Assembly: GCA_002189035.1 (NCBI GenBank)
Contig: NEEC01000254.1
Span: forward strand, 1 to 53,024
DNA length: 53,024 nt
From: Utricularia gibba
Taxonomy: Eukaryota > Plantae > Magnoliophyta
Reading direction: 5' to 3'
The translations under genes and the position numbers were made by a program. A model generated the notes under the pieces. The model searched no databases. It was not told the DNA's origin and was given only the letters and a program-made list of their open reading frames with translations. Positions 13,528 through 24,767 of the stretch are shown piece after piece (position 1 is the stretch's first letter; each line of letters opens with the position of its first letter).

Positions 13528-13874
13528 GAGCTCTGATGCATCCTCGGACGAAGATGCTTTCAACACGGAAGCTGACCGGCACGGAAAGGGGTTCGAAACG
13601 GTATGCCGAGCGCAGCGTGACTCATCACGGTTTTCAGGATATCGCCGAAATACCGAACGGTGTGCGAGGCCACCATGAGGCTGCGGGTAGGGACACACCC
13701 AGAGCTTGTTCAGAGATCGCATCGAAAACCCATACTTCACGTCATCCAATAAAACGCAGATCTTTTGCAAGCCGAAAATCACAATCGCGTCGATTCTCGT
13801 GTTCCGAAACTCATCGTCGCGAACGTGGTGGCCAATTTGTGGCACATCTGAAGGCTAATATAAGGCGATAATTC
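13528..13874 (+). repeat. Reference monomer, subfamily A (347 bp)
   Basis: Diagnostic alleles: gccgAgc, catcACGGTTTTCAGGATATCGCCGAAATAcc, gtaggGacacaccCag, gatcgcAtcg, gtcaTcc, agatCtttt (BglII site), caagCcg, ccgaAAcTcat. An identical unit starts at 32339. It has 18 substitutions and no indels versus B1. Confidence 0.9.
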
Positions 13875-16244
13875 GAGCTCTGATGCATCCTCGGACGAAG
13901 ATGCTTTCAACACGGAAGCTGACCGGCACGGAAACGGGTTCGAAACGATGCGGCGCAGCGTGACTCATCTTGATCTTCAAGATATCGACGAGATGCCGAA
14001 CGGTGTGCGAGGCCACCATGAGGCTGCGGGTAGGAACACCTAGAGCTTGTTCAGAGATCGCCTCGAAAACCCATACTTCACGTCACCCAATAAAACGCAG
14101 ATGTTTTGCAAGGCGAAAATCACAATCGCGTCGATTCTCGTGTTCCGAGTCGCATCGTCGCGAACGTGGTGGCCAATTTGTGGCACATCTGAAGGCTAAT
14201 ATAAGGCGATAATTCGAGCTCTGATGCATCCTCGGACGAAGATGCTTCAACACGGAAGCTGACCGGCACGGAAAGGGGTTCGAAACGGTATGCCGGGCGC
14301 AGCGTGACTCATCATTTCAAGATATCGACGAGATGCCGAACGGTGTGCGAGGCCACCATGAGGCTGCGGGTAGGACACACCCAGAGCTTGTTCAGAGATC
14401 GCCTCGAAAACCCATACTTCACGTCACCCAATAAAACGCAGATGTTTTGCAAGGCGAAAATCACAATCGCGTCGATTCTCGTGTTCCGAGTCGCATCGTC
14501 GCGAACGTGGTGGCCAATTTGTGGCACATCTGAAGGCTAATATAAGGCGATAATTCGAGCTCTGATGCATCCTCGGACGAAGATGCTTTCAACACGGAAG
14601 CTGACCGGCACGGAAAGGGGTTCGAAACGGTATGCCGGCGCAGCGTGACTCATCTTGCTTCAGATATCCGAATACCGAACGGTGTGCGAGGCCACATGAG
14701 GCTGCGGTAGGGACACACCCAGAGCTTGTTCAGAGATCGCTCGAAAACCCATACTTCACGTCATCCAATAAAACGCAGATCTTTTGCAAGCCGAAAATCA
14801 CAATCGCGTCGATTCTCGTGTTCCGAACTCATCGTCGCGAACGTGGTGGCCAATTTGTGGCACATCTGAAGGCTATATAAGGCGATAATTCGAGCTCTGA
14901 TGCATCCTCGGACGAAGATGCTTTCAACACGGAAGCTGACCGGCACGGAAAGGGGTTCGAAACGGTATGCCCGCAGCGTGACTCATCTTTTCAGATATCG
15001 CCGAAATACCGAACGGTGTGCGAGGCCACCATGAGGCTGCGGGTAGGAACACCAGAGCTTGTTCAGAGATCGCATCGAAAACCCATACTTCACGTCACCA
15101 ATAAAACGCAGATCTTTTGCAAGCCGAAAATCACAATCGCGTCGATTCTCGTGTTCCGATCATCGTCGCGAACGTGGTGGCCAATTTGTGGCACATCTGA
15201 AGGCTAATATAAGGCGATAATTCGAGCTCTGATGCATCCTCGGACGAAGATGCTTTCAACACGGAAGCTGACCGGCACGGAAAGGGGTTCGAAACGGTAT
15301 GCCGGCGCAGCGTGACTCATCATTTCAGATATCGAGAATACGAACGGTGTGCGAGGCCACATGAGGCTGCGGGTAGGAACACACCTAGAGCTTGTTCAGA
15401 GATCGCCTCGAAAACCCATACTTCACGTCACCAATAAAACGCAGATGTTTTGCAAGCGAAAATCACAATCGCGTCGATTCTCGTGTTCCGAGTCGCATCG
15501 TCGCGAACGTGGTGGCCAATTTGTGGCACATCTGAAGGCTAATATAAGGCGATAATTCGAGCTCTGATGCATCCTCGGACGAAGATGCTTTCAACACGGA
15601 AGCTGACCGGCACGGAAAGGGGTTCGAAACGGTATGCCGAGCGCAGCGTGACTCATCACGGTTTCAGGATATCCCGAAATACCGAACGGTGTGCGAGGCC
15701 ACCATGAGGCTGCGGGTAGGGACACACCCAGAGCTTGTTCAGAGATCGCATCGAAAACCCATACTTCACGTCATCCAATAAAACGCAGATCTTTTGCAAG
15801 CCGAAAATCACATCGCGTCGATTCTCGTGTTCCGACGCATCGTCGCGAACGTGGTGGCCAATTTGTGGCACATCTGAAGGCTAATATAAGGCGATAATTC
15901 GAGCTCTGATGCATCCTCGGACGAGATGCTTTCAACACGGAAGCTGACCGGCACGGAACGGGTTCGAAACGGTATGCCGGGCGCAGCGTGACTCATCTTG
16001 ATCTTCAAGATATCGACGAGATGCCGAACGGTGTGCGAGGCCACCATGAGGCTGCGGGTAGGAACACACCAGAGCTTGTTCAGAGATCGCCTCGAAAACC
16101 CATACTTCACGTCACCCAATAAAACACAGATGTTTTGCAAGGCGAAAATCACAATCGCGTCGATTCTCGTGTTCCGAGTCGCATCGTCGCGAACGTGGTG
16201 GCCAATTTGTGGCACATCTGAAGGCTAATATAAGGCGATAATTC

Positions 16245-19200
16245 GAGCTCTGATGCATCCTCGGACGAAGATGCTTTCAACACGGAAGCTGACCGGCACG
16301 GAAAGGGGTTCGAAACGGTATGCCGTGGTTTCAAGATATCGAGAGATCCGAACGGTGTGCGAGGCCACCATGAGGCTGCGGGTAGGGACACACCTAGAGC
16401 TTGTTCAGAGATCGCCTCGAAAACCCATACTTCACGTCAGCAGATCTTTTGCAAGCGAAAATCGCGTCGATTCTCGTGTTCCGAAACCATCGTCGCGAAC
16501 GTGGTGGCCAATTTGTGGCACATCTGAAGGCTAATATAAGGCGATAATTCGAGCTCTGATGCATCCTCGGACGAAGATGCTTTCAACACGGAAGCTGACC
16601 GGCACGGAAAGGGGTTCGAAACGGTATGCCGGCGCAGCGTGACTGCAAGATATCGACTCATCACAATCGCGTTTCAGGATCGTGTGGCCGAAATCACCGT
16701 CGAAACGTGTGGCCAATTTGTGGCACATCTGAAGGCTAATATAAGGCGATAATTCGAGCTCTGATGCATCCTCGGACGAAGATGCTTTCAACACGGAAGC
16801 TGACCGGCACGGAAAGGGGTTCGAAACGGTATGCCGAGCGCAGCTGTTCAGAGATCGCTTTTCAGAGATAACCCATACTTCACGTCATCCAATAAAACGC
16901 AGATACCGAACGGTCCGAAAATCACAATCGCGTCGATTCTCGTGCGGAAACGGCACACGTCCAGACGCTGTTCAGAGATCGCATCGAAAACCCATACTTC
17001 ACGTCATCCAATAAAACGCAGATCTTTTGCAAGCCGAAAATCACAATCGCGTCGATTCTCGTGTTCCGAAACTCATCGTCGCGAACGTGGTGGCCAATTT
17101 GTGGCACATCTGAAGGCTACGATAATTCGAGCTCTGATGCATCCTCGGACGAAGATGCTTTCAACACGGAAGCTGACCGGCACGGAAAGGGTTCGAAACG
17201 GTATGCCGGGCGCAGCGTGACTCATCTTGATCTTCAAGATATCGACGAGATGCCGAACGGTGTGCGAGGCCACCATGAGGCTGCGGGTAGGAACACACCT
17301 AGAGCTTGTCATCCAATAAAACGCAGATCAAGCGAAAATCACAATCGCGTCGAAAAACCCAATACATCTCACGATAATTCGAGCTCCATCCTCGGACGAA
17401 GATGCTTTCAACACGGAAGCTGACCGGCACGGAAAGGGGTTCGAAACGGTATGCCGGCGCAGCGTGACTCATCACGGTTTTCAGGATATCGAAATACCGA
17501 ACGGTGTGCGAGGCCACCATGAGGCTGCGGGTAGGGACACACCCAGAGCTTGTTCAGAGATCGCCTCGATACTTCTCGTGTTCAAGCGAGTCGCAGTCGC
17601 ATCGTCGCGAACGTGGTGGCCAATTTGTGGCACATCTGAAGGCTAATATAAGGCGATAATTCGAGCTCTGATGCATCCTCGGACGAAGATGCTTTCAACA
17701 CGGAAGCTGACCGGCACGGAAAGGGGTTCGAAACGGTATGCCGGGCGCAGCGTGACTCATCATTTCAAGGATATCGACGAATACCGAACGGTGTGCGAGG
17801 CCACCATGAGGCTGCGGGTAGGACACACCCAGAGCTTGTTCAGAGATCGCTCGAAAACCATACTTCACGTCACCAATAAAACGCAGATGTTTTGCAAGGC
17901 GAAAATCACAATCGCGTCGATTCTCGTGTTCCGAGTCGCATCGTCGCGAACGTGGTGGCCAATTTGTGGCACATCTGAAGGCTAATATAAGGCGATAATT
18001 CGAGCTCTGATGCATCCTCGGACGAAGATGCTTTCAACACGGAAGCTGACCGGCACGGAAAGGGGTTCGAAACGGTATGCCGGCGCAGCGTGACTCATGG
18101 TTTTCAGGATATCCGAAATACCGAACGGTGTGCGAGGCCACCATGAGGCTGCGGGTAGGGACACACCCAGAGCTTGTTCAGAGATCGCCTCGAAAACCCA
18201 TACTTCACGTCATCCAATAAAACAGAGATTTTGCAAGCCGAAAAGCTCGACAATGCGGACGTCGATTCTCCGGTGTATCCGAAACTCCATGTGCGTCGCG
18301 AGACGCTGGTCGGCCATTTCGCGTCGATGTGCATCTCGTCGCGAAGTGCATAATAATAGGGCGATAATTCGAGCTCTGATGCATCCTCGGACGAAGATGC
18401 TTTCAACACGGAAGCTGACCGGCACGGAAAGGGGTTCGAAACGGTATGCCGGGCGCGCGTGACTCATCACGGTTTTCAGATATCGAAATACCGAACGGTG
18501 TGCGAGGCCACCATGAGGCTGCGGGTAGGGACACACCCAGAGCTTGTTCAGAGATCGCGAGAATGCCGAACGGTGTGCGAGGCCAATGAGGCGGGTAGGA
18601 ACACACCAGAGCTTGTTCACGCTCGAAAACCCATCTTCACGTCACCCAATCGCAGATGTTTTGCAAGGCGAAAATCACAATCGCGTCGATTCTCGTGTTC
18701 CGATCGCATCGTCGCGAACGTGGTGGCCAAGTGGCACATCTGAAGGCTAATATAAGGCGATAATTCGAGCTCTGATGCATCTCGGACGAAGATGCGGAAG
18801 CTGACCGGCACGGAAAGGGGTTCGAAACGGTATGCCGGCGCAGCGTGACTTTTTCAGGATATCGCGAAATACCGAACAGGCCACCATGAGGCGCGGTAGG
18901 GACACACCCAGAGCGAAGATCGCATCGAAAACCCATACTTCACGTGCAGATGTTTTGCAAGCAAAATCACAATTCGTGGCACATCTGAAGGCTAATATAA
19001 GGCGATAATTCGAGCTCTGATGCATCCTCGGACGAAGATGCTTTCAACACGGAAGCTGACCGGCACGGAAAGGGGTTCGAAACGGTATGCCGGCGCAGCG
19101 TGACTCATCACGGTTTTTCAGGATATCACGAATCCGAACGGTGTGCGAGGCCACCATGAGGCTGCGGGTAGGGACACACCCAGAGCTTGTTCAGAGATCG

Positions 19201-22200
19201 CCGAAAACCCATACTTCACGTCATCCAATAAAACGCAGATCTTTTGCAAGCGAAAATCACAATCGCGTCGATTCTCGTGTTCCGAAACTCATCGTCGCGA
19301 ACGTGGTGGCTTTGGGCACATAAGGCTAATATAAGGCATAATTCGACTCTGATGCATCCTCGCTGCTTTCAACACGGAAGCTGACCGGCACGGAAAGGGT
19401 TCGAGGTATGCCGGGCGCATGACGCCGACGAGATGCCGAACGGTGTGCGAGGCCACCATGAGGCTGCGGGTAGGAACACACCTAGAGCTTGTTCACGTCA
19501 CCCAATAAAACGCAGATGTTTTGCAAGGCGAAAATCACAATCGCGTCGATTCTCGTGTTCCGAGTCGCATCGTCGCGAACGTGGTGGCCAATTTGTGGCA
19601 CATCTGAAGGCTAATACAATAAAACTCATCGTCGCGATGGTGGCCAATTTGTGGCACATCTGAAGCTAATATAAGGCGATAATTCGAGCTCTGCATCCTC
19701 GGACGAAGATGCTTTCAACACGGAAGCTGACCGGCACGGAAAGGGGTTCGAAACGGTATGCCGGGCGCAGCGTGACTCATCATCTTCAAGGACGAGATGC
19801 CGAACGGTTTCAGGAACACACCTAGAGCTTGTTCAGAGATCCGAAATACTTCACGTCACCCAATAAAACACAGATGTGTGCGAGGCCACCATGAGGCTGC
19901 GGGTAGGCGATAATTCGAGCTCTGATGCCCACGAAGCTTTCAACACGGAAGCTGACCGGCACGGAAAGGGGTCGAAACGGTATGCCGGCGCAGCGTGACT
20001 CATCACGGTTTTCAGGATATCGAATCGAACGGTGTGCGAACATGAGGCTGCGGGTATTGTTCAGAGATCGCTCGAAAACCCATACTTCACGTCATCCAAT
20101 AAAACGCAGATTTTTGCAAGCCGAAAATCACAATCGCGTCGATTCTCGTGTTCCGAGTCGCATCGTCGCGAACGTGGTGGCCAATTTGTGGCACATCTGA
20201 AGGCTAATATAAGGCGATAATTCGAGCTCTGATGCATCCTCGGACGAAGATGCTTTCAACACGGAAGCTGACCGGCACGGAAAGGGGTTCGAAACGGTAT
20301 GCCGGGTGTGCGCAGCGTGACTCATCACGGTTTTCAGGATATCGCGTCGATTCTCGAATCGTCGCGAACCCAATTTGACATCTGAAGGCTAATATAAGTA
20401 ATTCGAGCGATGCATCCTCGCGAAGATGCTTTCAACCGGAAGCTGACCGGCACGGAAGGGGTTCGAAACGGTATGTGACTCATCACGGGGACAAATACCG
20501 AACGGTGTGCGAGGCCAGAGCTGCGGGTAGGGACACACCAGAGCTTGTTCAGAGATCGCATCGAAAACCCATACTTCACGATCCAATAAAACGCAGATCT
20601 TTTGCAAGCGAAAATCACAATCGCGTCGACTCGTGTTCAAACTCATCGTCGCGAACGTAATTTGTGGCACATCGCAGATAATTCGAGCTCTGATGCATCT
20701 CGGACGAAGATGCGCTGAACGGAATTCACATGCCGGCGCAGCGTGACGGATATCGCGAAATCCGATGTCGAGGCCACCATCGCGGGTGGACACACCCAGA
20801 GCTTGTTCAGAGATCGCATCGAAAACCCATACTTCACGTCATCGCAGATGTTTTGCAAGCCGAAAATCGTCGGTGGCCAAACGTGGTGGCCAATGTGGCA
20901 CATCTGAAGGCTAATATAAGGCGATAATTCGAGCTCTGATGCATCCTCGGACGAAGATGCTTTCAACACGGAAGCTGACCGGCACGGAAAGGGGTTCGAA
21001 ACGGTATGCCGGCGCAGCGTGACTCATCTTTTCAGGATATCGCGAAATACCGAACGGTGTGCGAGGCCACATGAGGCTGCGGGTAGGGACACACCAGAGC
21101 TTGTTCAGAGATCGCTCGAAAACCCATACTTCACGTCATCCAATAAAACGCAGATCTTTTGCAAGCCGAAAATCACAATCGCGTCGATTCTCGTGTTCCG
21201 AGTCGCATCGTCGCGAACGTGGTGGCATTTGACATCTGGCTAATATAAGGCGATAATTCGAGCTCTGATGCATCTCGGACGAAGATGCTTTCAACACGGA
21301 AGCTGACCGGCACGGAAAGGGGTTCGAAACGGTATGCCGGCGCAGCGTGACTCATCACGAGATATCGCCGAATACGAACGGTGTGCGAGGCCACCATGAG
21401 GCAGGGACACACCAGAGCTTGTTCAGAGATCGCATCGAAAACCCATACTTCACGTCATCCAATAAAACGCAGATCTTTTGCAAGCGAAAATCACAATCGC
21501 GTCGATTCTCGTGTTCCGAAACTCATCGTCGCGAACGTGGTGGCCAGGATATCGAAATACCGATTTGTGGCCCACATCTGAAGGCTAATATAAGGCGATA
21601 ATTCGAGCTCTGATGCATCCTCGGACGAAGATGCTTTCAACACGGAAGCTGACCGGCACGGAAAGGGGTTCGAAACGGTATGCCGGGCGCAGCGTGACTC
21701 ATCGGTAGGAACACACCAGAGCTGCCGGGCGCAGCGTAATATAAGGCGACTTTCAACACGGAAGCTGACCGGCACGGAAAGGGGTTCATCTTGTCATCCA
21801 ATAAAACGCAGATCTTTTGCAAGCGAAAATCACAATCGCGTCGATTCTCGTGTTCCGAGTCGCATCGTCGCGATGTGGCGAACGGTGGACGAAGATGCTT
21901 TCAACACGGAAGCTGCGAGGCCACCATGCGTCGATTCTCGTGTTCCGGCGTCGCGAACGTGGTGGCCAATGCGGGTAGGCACGGAAAGGGTTCGAAACGG
22001 TATGCACCTACACACCTAGAGCTTGTTCAGAGATCGCCTCGAAAACCCATACTTCACGAGCGCGTCGATTCTCGTGTTCCGAGTCGCATTGTTGACCGGC
22101 AGGTTTTCAGAGGGACACACCCAGAGCTTGTTCAGAGATCGCCTCGAAAACCCATACTTCACGTCACCCAATAAAACGCAGATGTTTTGCAAGGCGAAAA

Positions 22201-23042
22201 TCACAATCGCGTCGATTCTCGTGTTCCGAGTCGCATCGTCGCGAACGTGGTGGCCAATTTGTGGCACATCTGAAGGCTAATATAAGGCGATAATTCGAGC
22301 TCTGATGCATCCTCGGACGAAGATTTCAACACGGAAGCTGACCGGCACGGAAAGGGTTCGAAACGGTTCAACATCGACGGGTGTGCGAGGCCAACACACC
22401 TAGAGCTTGTTCAGAGATCGCCTCGAAAACCCATACTTCACGCTGCATCGTCGCGACCGGCTAATATAAGGCGATAATTCGAGCTCTGACGGAAGGATAT
22501 CGGAGGCCACCATGAGGCTGCGGGTAGGGACACACCCAGAGCTTGTTCAGAGATCGCCTCGAAAACCCATACTTCACGTCATCCAATAAAACGCAGATCT
22601 TTTGCAAGCGAAAATCACAATCGAAAATTTGTGGCACATCTGAAGGCTAATATAAGGCGGTCTGATGCCGGCGCAGCGTGACTCTTCACGTCATCGAACG
22701 TTTTCAGATCCTCGGACGAAGAGCTCTGACCGGCACGGAAAGGGGTTCGAAACGGTATGCCGGGCGCAATGCCACCGAACGGTGTGCGAGAAGATGCTTT
22801 CAACACGGAAGCTGACCGCCGGAAAGGGGTTCGAAACCATGAGGCTGAGGCTGCGGGTAGGGACACACCCAGAGCTTTCAGAGATCGCATCGAAAACCCA
22901 TACTTCACGTCATCCAATAAAACGCAGATCTTTTGCAAGCCGAAAATCACAATCGCGTCGATTCTCGTGTTCCGAGTCGCATCGTCGCGAACGTGGTGGC
23001 CAATTTGTGGCACATCTGAAGGCTAATATAAGGCGATAATTC
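16245..23042. other. Disordered zone of the array: truncated, duplicated and shuffled monomer fragments (probable consensus or assembly artefact; real rearrangement not excluded)
   Basis: Units of 306 bp (16245-16550) and 205 bp (16551-16755), out-of-order 8-40 bp monomer fragments (16640-16720, 16830-16980, 21700-22100, 22620-22860) and insertion-riddled sequence (18241-18360). All pieces are + strand monomer-derived. Regular periodicity resumes at 23043. Confidence 0.8.
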
Positions 23043-24539
23043 GAGCTCTGATGCATCCTCGGACGAAGATGCTTTCAACACGGAAGCTGACCGGCACGGA
23101 AAGGGGTTCGAAACGGTATGCCGGGCGCAGCGTGACTCATCATTTTCAAGATATCGACGAATACCGAACGGTGTGCGAGGCCACCATGAGGCTGCGGGTA
23201 GGACACACCTAGAGCTTGTTCAGAGATCGCCTCGAAAACCCATACTTCACGTCACCCAATAAAACGCAGATGTTTTGCAAGGCGAAAATCACAATCGCGT
23301 CGATTCTCGTGTTCCGAGTCGCATCGTCGCGAACGTGGTGGCCAATTTGTGGCACATCTGAAGGCTAATATAAGGCGATAATTCGAGCTCTGATGCATCC
23401 TCGGACGAAGATGCTTTCAACACGGAAGCTGACCGGCACGGAAAGGGGTTCGAAACGGTATGCCGGCGCAGCGTGACTCATCACGGTTTTCAGATATCCC
23501 GAATACCGAACGGTGTGCGAGGCCACCATGAGGCTGCGGGTAGGGACACACCAGAGCTTGTTCAGAGATCGCTCGAAAACCCATACTTCACGTCATCCAA
23601 TAAAACGCAGATGTTTTGCAAGCCGAAAATCACAATCGCGTCGATTCTCGTGTTCCGAACTCGCATCGTCGCGAACGTGGTGGCCAATTTGTGGCACATC
23701 TGAAGGCTAATATAAGGCGATAATTCGAGCTCTGATGCATCCTCGGACGAAGATGCTTTCAACACGGAAGCTGACCGGCACGGAAAGGGGTTCGAAACGG
23801 TATGCCGGGCGCAGCGTGACTCATCACGGTTTTCAGGATATCCGAAATACCGAACGGTGTGCGAGGCCACCATGAGGCTGCGGGTAGGGACACACCCAGA
23901 GCTTGTTCAGAGATCGCTCGAAAACCCATACTTCACGTCATCCAATAAAACGCAGATGTTTTGCAAGCCGAAAATCACAATCGCGTCGATTCTCGTGTTC
24001 CGAACGCATCGTCGCGAACGTGGTGGCCAATTTGTGGCACATCTGAAGGCTAATATAAGGCGATAATTCGAGCTCTGATGCATCCTCGGACGAAGATGCT
24101 TTCAACACGGAAGCTGACCGGCACGGAAAGGGGTTCGAAACGGTATGCCGGGCGCAGCGTGACTCATCACGGTTTTCAGATATGGCCGAAATACCGAACG
24201 GTGTGCGAGGCCACCATGAGGCTGCGGGTAGGGACACACCCCAGAGCTTGTTCAGAGATCGCCTCGAAAACCCATACTTCACGTCATCCAATAAAACGCA
24301 GATGTTTTGCAAGCGAAAATCACAATCGCGTCGATTCTCGTGTTCCGAACGCATCGTCGCGAACGTGTGGCCAATTTGTGGCACATCTGAAGGCTAATAT
24401 AAGGCGATAATTCGAGCTCTGATGCATCCTCGACGAAGATGCTTTCAACACGGAAGCTGACCGGCACGGAAAGGGTTCGAAACGGTATGCCGGGCGCAGC
24501 GTGACTCATCACGGTTTTCAGGATATGCCGAATACCGAA

Positions 24540-24767
24540 CGGTGTGCGAGGCCACCATGAGGCTGCGGGTAGGGACACACCCAGAGCTTGTTCAGAGATC
24601 GCCATCGAAAACCCATACTTCACGTCATCCAATAAAACGCAGATCTTTTGCAAGCCGGTGTGCGAGGCCACATGAGGCTGCGGGTAGGGACACACCCAGA
24701 GCTTGTTCAGAGATCGCTCGAAAACCCATACTTCACGTCATCCAATAAAACGCAGATTTTTGCAAGC
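24540..24767 (+). repeat. Internal tandem duplication of about 115 bp within one monomer
   Basis: The segment cggtgtgcgagg...ttttgcaagc is read twice. The junction at 24651-24662 (caagcCGgtgtg) joins on a shared CG. Confidence 0.8.

Noticed and set aside
13625-13634. TCACGGTTTT matches part of the Schistosoma spliced leader as I recall it
   Set aside because: Only 10 nt match, the flanks differ, there is no ATG/GT leader end, and the word is absent from B monomers.
13659-13674. Minus-strand hairpin GGTG-GCCTCGCA-CACC resembling the P3/L3 of HDV-like ribozymes
   Set aside because: The first loop U is missing, and no 7-bp P1, P2 or J4/2 could be built around it by eye.
13715-13723. 5S rDNA-type tandem unit (minus-strand GATGCGATC; plus-strand CTCGTGTT)
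   Set aside because: The two 5S-like words are on opposite strands, and there is no box A/IE/box C internal promoter, 120-nt fold or oligo-T terminator.
13618-13864. Promoter-like motif cluster: TGACTCA (13618), CACGTCA (13738), CCAAT (13746), AATAAA (13748), TATAAG (13859)
   Set aside because: These 5-7 bp words are individually expected by chance when many motifs are considered. The host is unknown and there is no downstream gene or expression evidence.
13528-13874. Apparent richness in palindromic restriction sites (SacI, NsiI, BstBI, EcoRV, BglII, TTGCAA, NruI, MscI)
   Set aside because: Eight 6-bp palindromes in 347 bp versus about 5.4 expected is not a significant excess. They are useful only as diagnostic tools.
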